Source: Octopus bimaculoides
Lineage: Eukaryota
Assembly: GCF_001194135.2 (NCBI RefSeq)
Contig: NC_068989.1
Location: 4,938,297-5,002,296, forward strand
Length of the DNA stretch: 64,000 bases
Reading direction: 5' to 3'
Under the pieces are notes generated by a model. That model did no database searches. It saw only the letters and a program-made list of their open reading frames with translations, and was not told the DNA's origin. Positions within the stretch are counted from its first letter, which is position 1, and each line of letters opens with the position of its first letter. Both the position numbers and the translations under genes were made by a program. Shown one piece after another: positions 26,619-40,276 of the stretch.

Positions 26619-26835
26619 ATTTAGACAGCAGAAGGGGGACAATAGCTTATAAGTTTCTCTGTCCACCTGTTTTGTGCATGTGTGCGTGTGTGTTGCGAAA
26701 TGAAACAAATTAATTCAATGTTAAAATATTCATTAGATAAACAACCAACTGTTTTTTTCTTCTTTTTTTTTTAATTCAGTGAATAAATTTTAATTAACAT
26801 TGTAATATGAGGAAGAAAAGAAGACCGACCTCAGA

Positions 26836-27087
<252 letters not shown>

Positions 27088-29189
27088 CTAAGAAAAGAAA
27101 ACAAAAACAAAACTGCTAGTAGGATTATAAAAAAAAATACAAAAGGCTTCTTGGGAAGAGAAGCAGGGGATACATTTAAATGATGTCTACACCAAAAGTG
27201 TATCAGAGCAATGGCCAAGGAAATACTTTTAGGAAAGACACATGTTGTTCCATGCCAGCACGGAAAGCGGACATTAAATGATGATAACACCCTACATTAA
27301 ATGATGCGGTCCTCAGTACAATGCTGTACTCAGTAAAAGACTGGTTGATTTATGGTTTAATCATGTCTGCCCTAGTGTGGCCGACCTGAGGCTAATTAAG
27401 ACAACCAACCAATGAGAAGAAAAATTTATATTACAAACCAAATTCTCCAGGTGAGAACATATTTCAAATTTGCTTGATCAAATTCAGAAATTAATTATTA
27501 ACATGGTATTTCCCCTTCTTTCAATTAGGTTTGGGCCTTTGGCTCATCGTCAACATGTGTCTTGTGTCTTTTCTATAAGTATTTCCGTGGTCATTGCTCT
27601 GATACACTTTTGGCTGCTAACCCATGCCAGTATGGAAAAACGGGTGCTAAATGAGGATGATTCTGAGCAACCTCATACAGCATTTAGGTTTTGCACAGGT
27701 AAATGCCTGCTGATTGAAAGAAAAAAAAAAAACAACTATCCTCGTTTATCACAGGGTTTGGTTCTAAACACAAACAGTGATAAATGAACCACCTTCATGC
27801 ACTTTGTAAATCAAATTAATGGGAGATCCACTGATAACAAACTCACAGCAACGAAGCCTCCACCATCAGTTATTTTCCTCATCACCTCTACCATTTCCTG
27901 TACAAAATACACTCATCTACATTATTTGTTAGGATCAGGGGCACTTTGTATATTTTTCTGTTCACCAGTCCCATATTGATGGATACAGTCCATGTAAAAA
28001 ATACACAATCTTGCAGCTTAGCAATATAAACACAAGTGATAATCAGTGCATTTCTGGGTAACTGGGGCACACTTTAGTGATCCTAGAAGAATCTTTCACA
28101 GATCAATTCATGATAAGCATAACACAGTCCATCACTGAGCATGCTGTTATCCCAGACCAGTAGTAAATGAGGCTACATGTATTATAGTATTAGTCAATAT
28201 ACTGTTTTCTCTGTTGCCTGTTTGTATGTGATGGTAGAGGAACACTGAAAATTATTTGCTCTATTAGCTGTTGATGTTTTAGCAATTAAAAACAGACCTG
28301 TTGTTTTTGTTTTTTGCTTTGTTGCCAGTGTAGAAATGAGGTTACAGCCTGTTAATTAGTTATTTACAATTATAGCCATACAACCATCAAGCATGACAAA
28401 TATTTCAGTTCAACTTCTTAAAATTCAGTTTACAATTCCTTAAGTGCTTTGTTTGGCAAACGTTATGCAATACTGCAAACCTTCTGTTGTTATTTAACCC
28501 CAGGTTCAAACCTGTAATCAAGAGTGTTCTGCTATCAAACACTACATATATATAAGCTGATAGTGTGTTAGATGAGACCAATAGAATAAGTACTAGGCTT
28601 ACAAAGAATATGTCTTGGGGTCAATTTGTTCGACTAAAGGCAGTGCTCCAGCATGACTGCAGTCAAATGGCTGAAACATAAGAGTAAAGAATGGACACAT
28701 GCATGCAACTAGATTCTTTTGCAATCTGAGAGGCAGAATTTGTAAAGTGTCCAGTTTAAAGGCACCACGTGGCCCTTGGGTGTCTTTCACCAAGTATTTC
28801 TTGCAATCATTAATATCAGGACCCTAGACAGAGGATAAGTGAATATGGTGATGGAAAGTGGTTGGTGTTAGGAAGGGCATCCAGCCATAGAAGCCATGCC
28901 GAAACTGATATAGGGGCGAGACAAAGCCCTGCCACTCATCAGATCCAGCCCAAACCAGCAAGGGGAATGAGTGGGTGGATGGATGGATGGATGATGATGG
29001 TGGCGATGATGAGGAGGAGGAGGAGGAGGCCTCCCATTACAGTAGCTGTTGTGCTAACGTTACTTTTTCCTTTTTTCTCTGCCAAACTTGGAGCCTCTCA
29101 AAAGAATCAGGACATCACTCTTCCTCCTCTCACCAAAAGAAAACCATTTTTCTCTCCCAAAACTCCAACCACACTCATTTGCAAAACTA

Positions 29190-29372
<183 letters not shown>

Positions 29373-29619
29373 TTACATTGACATGGGCCACAAATTTGTA
29401 AGAGACAGAGAAATAGTTGCTAGGATGGATGAAACACAAATTCAACCTTGGTCAGGATTTGAACTCAGAATATAATGATAGCAAACTTGATAATCACAAT
29501 CATACATTCAGCTGCCACTTCAGCACCCTCCAGAACCACATGGGATTAAATCTCTAAAACTGGCTGAGTCCCCTCCTCATCCTTCCCAGCTTATGACAGG
29601 TATTTATTTGATCAGGGTC

Positions 29620-29707
29620 AGTATCAAGGGTACTATGCAGTAGTATGAAGGGTACTATGCACTAGTACCAAGGGTACTGTGCACTAGTACCGAGGGTACT
29701 ATGCAGT
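29620..29707. repeat. Minisatellite, 22 bp x4 (agtaccaagggtactatgcact)
   Basis: Four adjacent units with 1-3 substitutions; no spacers. Confidence 0.9.
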
Positions 29708-29754
29708 GGAACAAAAAAATGCTTAATTCCAATTTGAATTGATAAAAACTTTCA

Positions 29755-30125
29755 GGTGCAGGGATGGTTGTGTGGTTAAGAAGTTCGGATTGAAACCATA
29801 TGCTTTTAGGCTCAATTCCACTGCACAGCACTTTAGGCAGGTGTCTTGTACAGTAGCCTCAGGCCAACCTATACCATGTAAGTGAATTTGGTAGACACTG
29901 AAAACTGTGTGGAAGCCTGTCGTATGTATGTGTCTTTGTGTCTGTTCCTCCCACTGTTTCACAACCAGTGTTGGTTTGTTTACAACACCATAACTTAGTG
30001 GTTCAGCAAAACAGACAAAATAGAATAAGTATCAAGTCCTGGGGTCAATTTGTCCAACTAAACCCTTCCGGGCATTGCTCCAGCATGGCCGTAGTCCAAT
30101 AACTGAAACAACTAAAAGATAAAAA
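29755..30125 (+). mobile_element. SINE family B, full-length copy (gtgtggttaagaag...ccagcatggccgcagtc..tgactgaaac tail)
   Basis: Recurs at 8270-8446(+), 9277-9425(+), 28580-28692(+), 34765-34868(+), 37863-38260(-), 41277-41535(-), 42595-42800(-), 56275-56405(+), 56738-57095(+). Confidence 0.85.
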
Positions 30126-30181
30126 GTATTTAACCTTTCAAAGACAACTGGGTCAATATATTTGCCTAATATTGGTGTATG

Positions 30182-30402
30182 AGGAGCTGGCAAACTGGCA
30201 GAAACGTTAGCACACCGGGTGAAATGTTTAGCAGTATTTCATTTGTCTTTACGTTCTGAGTTCAAATTCCGCCAAGGTCAACTTTGCCTTTCATCCTTTC
30301 GGGGTGGATCAATTAAGTACCAGTTGTGTACTGGGGTCGATGTAATCGACTGGGCCCCTCCCAAAAAATTTCAGGCCTTGTGCCTAGAGTTGAAAAGAAT
30401 AT
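30182..30402 (+). mobile_element. SINE family A, best full-length copy (core gcctttcatcctttcggggt...aagtaccag)
   Basis: tRNA-like head (ggcagaaacgttagc...gttctgagttcaaattcc). Other copies: 2173-2357(-), 7372-7593(-), 15084-15210(+), 25046-25193(+), 31600-31783(-), 36565-36780(-), 49262-49474(-), 54690-54790(-), 54826-55043(-), 60876-61065(-). Confidence 0.85.
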
Positions 30403-30835
30403 TAGTGTACTGGAGAAAAAATATACACTTTTACAACTCTCCATATCTGCTGAGATTTTGACACATATTTCTACAGAATTTTAAATAACATACATCATTT
30501 TTTTTTTTCTAACTAGCAAAAAATTATAAACAGAGTTCTGCCTTCATTACAAGGAAAAGAAACTATCAGTAAGCTTTGTCTCTAAAAGATTGTTTAAAAT
30601 TATTATTATTTTTTAATTTGAGTTTGATTGTCAGTTACAGATATTTTATTCTTTAAATTCTAATTTGAAGTTTATTGTATACAAGTTAGTCTTAGCAATG
30701 TGCCATTACACTTCTATTCTCTTAAAAATATGAGATGAAATAAAAAGAAAATCCAAAATTTGTAGCATTTATTAAAAGCCATGAGAATCAGAAAACAATG
30801 CAAAGAAGTGAAATGAGAAAATGTTGGTTTCTTTA

Positions 30836-30934
<99 letters not shown>

Positions 30935-31189
30935 TCAAAGAATTTTTATTAACACGTTACTCAGTGCCTAATTCTATTATGTTGAGTCAAAAGTTTTGCA
31001 ATATTTTGGTAACTGATTTGCTTTATTCATCAATTTACAACAGAAGCATCCTAGCATTCATAGTAGAGGTCATTGTGTTGCATTGTCTGAAGCCACTTTT
31101 CTGCCAGTTCTTTGATCCCATGCTGATACCAGTTCTTGTCCTTTGAGGCAAAGAACAACTTTGACTGAATCTTCCACCTTTTTTTATTC

Positions 31190-31600
31190 TTGATTGATGA
31201 AGCATCACAAGCACAGGAAGTGAGCCAAAGATTGGAACAAGTAATAATCTGAGGGAGATGTTCTGCAAGTTTAATGTGCATAAGTGGTTGTTAAACAAGG
31301 GCCAGCTCCCAGAACCTGTCACCAAACATGGGGTTCTCAAACACAATTATGAGGGGATAATTCACTATGAGTTTGCTCCAGGCAGTCGAACCATCAATGC
31401 CAACCTGTACTCTGGATTGCTGAAGCAGATGTATGCCGTTGTATGGCAAAAATACCTGGCATTGGCCAAGAGAAAGCAAGCTCTTCTTTCAACAAGACAA
31501 CGCAAGACCTCATACCACTTGAACGATCTGGAATAAATTCCAGGAACCTGAGAGAAACGAACTGATGCCACACCCAGCAATATATCAGACCAATTCTAGT
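31190..31600 (+). mobile_element. Degenerate mariner transposase fragment, truncated by a SINE
   Basis: ORF 31258..31536 NYEGIIHYEFAPGSRTINANLYSGLL...KYLALAKRKQALL resembles mariner GIIHYELL.PG.TINA.LY...L.NRK.VLL; next frame ELMPHPA resembles E.L.HP.YSPDL. Confidence 0.7.
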
Positions 31601-32789
31601 GGGAGTGGAGCAAGTCAATTACACTGACCCCAGTAATTGACTGATACTTTATTTTATCGACTCCAAAAGGATGACAGACAAAGCTGACCTTGGCAGGATC
31701 TGAACACAGAACGTAAAGAGCCAGAAGAAATGCCACTAAGCATTCTGTCTGATGCTCTAATGATTCTGCCAGCTTTCCACCTTAACCATGCTATATAAAC
31801 TGATTAAACATACAAACAGCATGTCTGTATGTGCAACCACATGAATACACTTCACTCCAGTTCTAATTTATGAAGTTACACACACACACACTTTAAATAC
31901 AGATGTAGTGGGTTTGAAACCAAATTGCTAGGTAACCGAATCGACATCATGACCAAGCCACAGTAGTTTCACATGATCAGCCAATTAAGCGACCAATCAG
32001 CATCAAGCCATCACATGATTTGACTTTCTAGAACTTTCTCAATGAGCCCTAGATAAAGGTGGGTTTTGGCAGTAATCCCAGAATGCTGAGACAGTTGCTT
32101 GACATCTCTCTTTTCATTCACCAAGAGCCTACGGTAGATAGAAGACCAAGATTTTGTCACCAGTTGTGATGGGCTGGCCACCGATTGCTATATCAGTTAA
32201 TCTGTCACAAATCCCAGCAATATGTCTCTCCAGGTGTGTAACTGTTGCTGTTAGTATTCGTAAAAGACCAACACAGAAAACGTGCAGTGAATAAATCTTC
32301 TGTTAAATGTTCATGAGTGTTGTTAATTACTTCTTAGAAATAAATTTTCATTCACCAGCAGCAAACAACCACCTGTGACACATTCATGTACCCTGTTAAT
32401 TAATTGTACAATAAACCTATGATTTTAACTACTATGCACTTCCATATATAGACTATCTCATATTAATTAGCTTCACTCATTAGTGATAATATTTTTAATG
32501 AAATGTACAGAAATTGTGTTTCTAATTTTGAAAATAATCAGGAATTTGGTTGTTTTTTTGTTTTGGATTATTAACCTCATCTCCAGAGATTTACATCTGC
32601 TCTACACTTCAAACAATTTGATAATAAAAAAAGACAGACACATTGGATACAATAGTATGAGATAAATTGACTGGAAAGATGTGATGGTCACGGATAGAGT
32701 GCCTTTGACCATAGATCTACAGAATCAGGGTTGATATAGTTTGACATGAACAACATATGAAAGAGTGTGTGTATATATATATATATATA

Positions 32790-32960
32790 TATGGGAGAAT
32801 ATACGAAAAAACAACAACAGACGAGGACAGATGGTGTAAATAACAAAAGGATGTATTAGTATGACGCTCGGGAATACGGAAAGTCTTTAACGTTTCGAGC
32901 TACGCTCTTCAACAGAAAGAATACGGAGACAAGGAGAAAAACACGGAGAAAAAAAAAAAT
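32790..32960 (-). mobile_element. Short CpG-rich repeat inside (TA)n carrying a hammerhead-like motif (PLE terminal-repeat-like)
   Basis: Minus strand tcttt CTGTTGA a-gagc-gta-gctc GAAACGTT aaaga at 32886-32920; flanked by (TA)n on both sides. Confidence 0.55.
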
Positions 32961-32997
32961 ATATGTATATATATATATATATATATATACGTCACTA

Positions 32998-33270
<273 letters not shown>

Positions 33271-33466
33271 TCAAATCCATTAGTGAAGGCAAGTGGCCTA
33301 GTGGTTGGCATGTTGCACTCATGATCGCAAGAATATGGTTTCAATTCCCAGACTGGGCAGTGTGCTGTGCTTTCAAACAAAACACTTCATTTCACATTGC
33401 TCCTGTCCACTCAACAGTAAACGTGTAACCCTGCAATGGACTGGCATCTCATCCAGGGGGAATGTT

Positions 33467-33700
33467 GCACCTCCACCCAGCTAAGCCTGCATCCAGAGAC
33501 ATGTTTCTGAGTCTTTGCTCGTCATCAGTAGCAATGGCCTGCTAGTTGGAGATGCCTGTCAAGCTCTCGTAAACATATAATAATTCCAGTGAAACACATT
33601 CACTGATTTCAAAACTAGCAGACCATTGCTACTCCAGACTGATGACGAGCAAAGACTCAGAAACATGTCTCTGGATGCAGGCTTAGCTGGATGGAGGTGC
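33467..33700. mobile_element. Fold-back element, probably Penelope-like (PLE)-derived, with hammerhead motifs, inserted in a SINE
   Basis: ~80-bp near-perfect inverted arms (33467-33547 / 33613-33700); each contains CTGATGA-stem-GAAACATGTC. Confidence 0.7.
33633..33675 (+). ncRNA. Minimal type I hammerhead ribozyme motif
   Basis: tccaga CTGATGA c-gag-caaaga-ctc-a GAAA catg TC tctgga: 6-bp stem I, core boxes, 3-bp stem II with C.A closing mismatch, palindromic ACATGT stem III, GUC site; activity untested. Confidence 0.6.
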
Positions 33701-33862
33701 TTGTCTCCCCTTTGTAAACATAAGGACACAGGAAATGTGTCAAGGCCGAAAGGAAGCAGTGCTGCTTCCTAGGGCTAAATAGCAGTAGTATTATTCCCTT
33801 CATGAGACTGTCACGTTAAGTTGACAGCATACAACTACTTTATATATATATATATATATATA

Positions 33863-34072
33863 TCATCATCATCATCGTTTAACGTCTGCTTTCCATGCTA
33901 GCATGGGTTGGACGATTTGACTGAGGACTGGCAAGCCAGAAGGCTGCACCAAGCTCCAATCTGATCTGGCAGAGTTTCTACAGCTGGATGCCCTTCCTAA
34001 TGCCAACCACTCCGAGAGTGTAGTGGGTGCTTTTACGTGCCACCGGTACAAGGGCCAGTCACACGGTACAGG
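33863..34072 (-). mobile_element. SINE with (ATG)n tail (ccatgccagcatggaaaa.ggacgttaaatgatgatg end)
   Basis: Same tail at 6227-6357(+), 12048-12250(-), 26295-26336(+), 28855-29000(+), 44385-44479(+), 46010-46165(-). Confidence 0.75.
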
Positions 34073-34380
34073 CAATATATAAGAAGCAAAGGAGGAAACC
34101 TGTACAACGATTATTCAAGGTAGAGATGGGCTGTGCAGGCCCAGAACCAGTCTGTCTTCCCAGCACGCAGCTTTAGCTTCATGTATGGAGACTATAACAC
34201 ACAGACATCAGGGCAAGCATGACAGTACCTTCATCTTGAAATCTGCCTTCTGTCATAGCTGTTGCATGAGCTGAGCTAGTTTACTCACAGCTCGGTGTTG
34301 CTAGATGTTAAAAGCAAGGCTGCTGCTGGGTGAAATGAACCTGCATACATTATGTCTGAATAAACTCAAGATATCACTCA

Positions 34381-34497
<117 letters not shown>

Positions 34498-35132
34498 CTA
34501 AAAACAATAGAAATAAAAATGAGAAACAGAAATGCCAGTATCTCAGTTGCTACTTCAGAGCAAAACAATAAATTTCTTCAATTATTGATGTACAATTCAA
34601 AGAGGGTAACCTCTGCCAACCCTTGAAATGCTCAACGTTGCGGCCAGATCAACCTCAGTAATTTCACACCTATCTTTAACACAAGGATCACATGGTTTAA
34701 GTCTTAACATTTGGCTTCAAGCAATCAATAGGCTGGACACAACTAGAAAAGCTTATTCTGTGTTATAATAAGTACCAGGCTTACAAAGAATAAATCCTGG
34801 GATCGACTTGTTCGACTAAAGGCAGTGCTCCAGCATGGCCGCAGTCAAATTACTGAAACAAGTAAAAGAATGTGTTCTTCCTGCATACACAGTCTAGATT
34901 TCCATTGGCTGAGACAGTTGAAACCTCTCACTCGCAGCATCTTTATATTCTTGCAGGAATATCCAATCGCTTGATCTTCAGCTTCACTTAGGGAAGGCCT
35001 AGTGGGAAGTTTACTTGCTCAGAATGTGGGCGAAAGCAAATTCAAAGACCCAGCCTTCAGAGATACAGCAGTGGGATAATAACAATAACAGATTTGAAAT
35101 AATCTAGACTATCGTTGTTGTTGTTGTTATTA

Positions 35133-35384
<252 letters not shown>

Positions 35385-36261
35385 TTAACAAACGTGTATA
35401 AAAGAAGAGACAAGTGGTAAATCAGTTGAATATAAATGTAGCTGAAGCCATCAACAGAATGTCTATACCAGCCATAGGCAAACCGTGACCCACAGGACTT
35501 ACTTTATGAATGGCGCACCATCAAAAACTTTCTTTCAATGATTTTAGTGGTGCAGCCTGCCTGATGATGAGCTATGTCTCATGCAGCACACTTCTCAAAA
35601 ATTGGTTGCCCATACCTGATCTATACAGCAGCTTGACCTGTTAGAAATAGCAGCAAAATTTCCCTCACATCATACCCTACTATCTTGTCTGACATATATT
35701 GGAATATCTGTAGCAAAGCTACATATTACATAGTAATGTGTGAGTCGACCTGCACAGCAGACGAATATATTGAAGAAGCATCTAGCCTCGCTTTGATACA
35801 GTAGCCTCATTCTGAGACACTAGCTGCGTTCTGAGCTACACCGTAGAAACAGTTCAGTTCCTGCCAGGCCTTGGTCAAAGACATGTCTTCTCTGCTGCTC
35901 CATGTGCGATCTCCCACATGTGACTCACATGTCTATTCACCTTGACACAAGAGATATGGTTTGTAAACGAAGATATTTTATCACACACACATTCTCAAAA
36001 TGACTGTTCTCATTACATAATTGCATACATACTGTAATACAAATATTATATGTTACTTTTTTCAGTGCAAAAGCAAATATCAAAACTTTCTTTGTATGCA
36101 AACACACATGTTTTAGTATCATACTACATGCTTCCACCACAATAGGTGAACACAGAATAAATAATATATTTATACACAAAATAGTCTTATGGTGATTCAT
36201 ACAAACTGTTTCCATTTAATAACATGCACTTGAACAGCCAACAACAGCCGCTGTATATCAT

Positions 36262-36337
36262 TATCCTAGATACATCTAACGGTATCCTAGATACATCTAA
36301 CGGTATCCTAGATACATCTAATGGTATCCTAGATACA
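36262..36337. repeat. Minisatellite, 21 bp x3.6 (tatcctagatacatctaacgg)
   Basis: Direct tandem units. Confidence 0.9.
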
Positions 36338-39173
36338 CTGTTAAAATAAAAATGGGTTGATTACAGCTGGAACATAATCCAGCTCAATCTTGGTTGATCA
36401 CAGATGAAACAAGATATACCTTATTTATGCTTATGCTAATGATCTGGTTTGATCATGGCAGTATCTTTAATGCACACAGGATTTTACTCACTGTGTATAT
36501 TAAGAAGGAAAAGTTATGTAGAGGCCAGTGATTACCACAGACTAAACCCTATCCTATACTTTTGCTTTCAAATTTTGGCACAAGGCCAGCAAGTTTGGGA
36601 GAGGGGGTAAGTCGATTACATTGACCCCCACCCCCCCATCCAGTCCTCAACTGGTACTTATTGCATCAACCCTGAAAGGATGGAAGGCAAAGTCAACCTA
36701 GGCAGAATTTGAACACAGAATGTAAAGACAAAACACTACTAAGCATTTTGCCCAGCATGCTAACAATTTTGCCAGCTCACTTCATTACCTTACCCTATGT
36801 TACCCCATAAAAAGAAGTTGGTCACAGAACATCATAGAAGATAACAAACACAGAACATCCTAAATGTCTCTACTTAAAGTGCTGTTGAATAATCCAATGT
36901 CATCTTTGTTCAAAAAATCGTTGAGTACTCCTAACAATTTCTAAGGGAACAGAAGGACCCACTTTTAGGCTGATTAACATATATTATGCTATTAGATTTA
37001 CATAAAAATATTTCTTTAATAAAGACTTTTTACATTCTAAAACGGCCATAAATTTGTTGGGGAGGGAGAGTTAAGTGAATTGATTGCAGTAAATGTGTCT
37101 AATACTTATTGTATTAACTCAGGACCTATACATTCTGACCCAGGTATATTTTGAACTCTGAATGTAAAGTGACAAAGCTTAATAGAGTAAAACATTTTAG
37201 TCTGGTGTTCAACCCTTTCAGCAACACTGCTGAAACTTTTAGGCAAATGGTACAGTTGTTTCATACTAACTTCCAGTATTTCACTGACATTTCATGTCTA
37301 TACATATGCATTTCTTTACATCTACAATCTCAGCATTGGCACTCATCTTTTTTTCCTGTCAAAAGCCAGTTGTTCAATTCTTAAAAGCCAGAGTGTTGTG
37401 GTTTTAAATTTACTATTTTTTCCTGCATCTTTCCATCTCTCATGTTCCTCTCATTCACTTTTTTTATGACTCAGTTCAATTTTGATCGAAGTGTAGAGTA
37501 TATTTAATTCCTGACACTGTACTTTCACTCTCACAAGCTCGCTTTTATACACACTCATTCTCTGGCCTTATCTATGACACCAGCTACAGTTTAAGGCCTT
37601 GATCACAAATCAGTGTAGTGATGATAGTGGTGTTGGTGGAGTGTCTAACCATTTCCGACAACACCTCTTTATGGTTTAATTTTTTGCTATTTTATTATGG
37701 ACAGTCCGTTCTCGTATGAAGTGGGGGGGAGGTACCTTTTTTACTAGATTTTGTAACTGCTTTTGATAAAATTTGCTCAACTAAAAAGTTTTTCATGGGC
37801 AGGGCCCCAGTATGGCCACAGTGCAACAACTGAAACAAGTAAGAAGTAAAATGGAAACGTATTCTTTTATTTCTTTTGTTTCAGTCATTTGATTGTGGCC
37901 ATGCTGAAGCACCACCTTAAAGGGCTTTTTAGTCAAAGAAATCAACCCCAAGACATTCTTTGTAAGCCTAGTACTTATTGTATTGATATCTTTAGTGAAC
38001 TGCTAAGTTATGAGGACATAAACACACCAACATTGGTTGTCAAACGATGGTGGGGGTGAGGAGACAAACACACATAAATATATACATACATATACACAAT
38101 GGGCTTCTTTCAGTTTCCGTCTACCAAATACACTCACAAGGCTTTTGGTCAGCCTGAGGCTATAGTAGAAGACACTTGCCCAAGGTGCCATGCAGTGGGA
38201 CTGAACCCGGAACCATGTAGTTGGGAAGCAAGCTTCTTATCACACAGCCACACCCATGCCAACAAATATAACACAATAAATACATTTAGATTTGTTTTCT
38301 CTAATGTTTTAGCATATATTACACTCGTTCTCTTTCAAACTCTCATGTTCACATTGTGTTGTTTTTGTCATAGTCAGAAGAGGAGGGACAGTGCCCATGA
38401 CATTTGTCAAGGTGTTCAAGACTGACGGAAAGAAGAGTGGCCCAATATAATCTGCCTGCAACACAGGATAATCTGCAAAGGGTACCCAACAGCAAGATGG
38501 AGATATTTATTATTTTGTTTATTATAAAAATTAGATGGCTTATTGGTTAAGGTGTGGCTCACAGTCCTAGATCATGGTTTCGATTCCCAGACCAGGCAAT
38601 GTGTTGTGCTCTTCAGCAAAAGACTTAATTTCACATTGCTCCAACCTAGTCAGTTATGAGTACCAGCAATTATTAGGGGAGTTAATGCTGCAATGGACTG
38701 GCATCCCATTCAGGAAGAAAGAGTGTTATAATCTCAGTCACTTATAAGCCATGGAAGCCATGTTAGTCTCTGGCCTTATGAGTCCCAGGGTTCGTGGCAG
38801 ACTCAAGTATATGTACAAAGGTTGAAATCTATAAAACTAAAGATTATGAGCCATCGAGGGAGCCTTTACATGGTCATTCCACTTGCTAAGAATAGTAGCA
38901 AAGTCTCCACAGAATCATACATTATCATGTCTGAAGGGAAAGAAACATTGGAATAATGTAGCTTTGAAATAAAGATGGGATGTAGATGTATAGAACATAT
39001 TTGATTATATATATATATCTACTCTATGAAGGCCAAGATATAGGGGTGGGTGGGGAGAAGTTAAACAACAGCAGTTATGAAGCTATTGGGTTACAATAAA
39101 ATGAAGGTGTGTGTGGTTGGGGGTGTGCGTGTGCATATGTGAAACAGGTAATGAAAGAAGACAGTGTACTCAC

Positions 39174-39280
39174 TCGCTAGTCACAGTAATGAGGGTATTG
39201 TTAATCTTCAGTTTATCGCCTTCCTTGCTAACACAAGCAGGGAATTGTCCATGAGTACTATCATATGTCAGCATGTAGAC
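39174..39280 (-). CDS. GAPDH: GAPDH coding exon 3 (VYMLTYDSTHGQFPACVSKEGDKLKINNTLITVTSE)
   Basis: tctgttttAG acceptor, GTGAGT donor; 107 nt; YDSTHG motif. Confidence 0.96.
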
Positions 39281-39953
39281 CTAAAACAGAGATAAGAGTC
39301 TCAACACTTAAAATTGAAATGTAGAGGATTTGATGAGAAAGCTTTGATAATAATACAACCAAAAACATGCCAGGATTTGTCACACATTCTTTCCAAGACT
39401 CAAGGCAATACAGCTGTCTTACTAATGCAGTCTTCTTACTCATTGCATAATTTTTATCCTACTTAACTTTTATGATGCACCCTGCTTTAAAAATTCTAAG
39501 ACTAACTTTACTGAACATTTAACTGTCAGTTACACTCTGGACAATTTTCTTTATAACAATACATCAAAACACACACACACGTGTGTGTGCGTGCATATGT
39601 AAGACAAGCTGTAAATAATGGTCATTACATGGTCTTCCTTATTGCAGTAAATTTAACTTACAGCTGTTTCCAGTAGTCATTCTAGGTCCGTTGTTGATAG
39701 GTTTACTCAATTGGTCCATTGATCAGTTGAGGAAAACTGAACAGCCTAAAAAAGTTAATGCTATTTTCATCAGAGTCATTTCTGGAGCACAACCCCAGAT
39801 TCACAAAATGGAATGGTAAGGAACTATAACCTCAGACTCTGCCACGAGAATACAAGGAGTTCTTTACTAATCTAAACAATATTGTTAGCCTGGTGTAATA
39901 ACAGAGAGCTTATAAAGTATTTTGTCCAGATTAATAACCCCTCACTTTAGCTC

Positions 39954-39985
<32 letters not shown>

Positions 39986-40066
39986 CTTAGTATATGAGAA
40001 GAGATCAGAGAATTCCAGTGTTTAGTTCAGGCAGCACTCCTGTGAACAACAACAACTATCTGAATA

Positions 40067-40276
40067 CAGTAATCCCTCACCATATTGTGGTTCACCCATC
40101 GCAGTTTATTATTTAAGCTTACATCGATTCGTCTGTGGTGTTTGTAATAAAATAAATATATACAAATTTTTAAAATAATTTTTAAAAAATACAGTACTGT
40201 TTCTACTTTGTCGATTTTCACCTATCATGGGGGGGTTTTGGAACGTAACATCTACAAAATAGTCAAGGGATTACTG
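40067..40276. mobile_element. Tigger/pogo-type MITE
   Basis: TIR cagtaatccct...agggattactg with TA on both sides; second copy at 52492-52693. Confidence 0.8.

Noticed and set aside
31904-32380. Solo LTR (TGT...ACA ends, internal AATAAA)
   Set aside because: No target-site duplication and no second copy in the window; not supportable without a database search.
35561-35590. CTGATGA-tgag-ctatgt-ctca as a hammerhead
   Set aside because: The GAAA box is missing (tgcagc follows).
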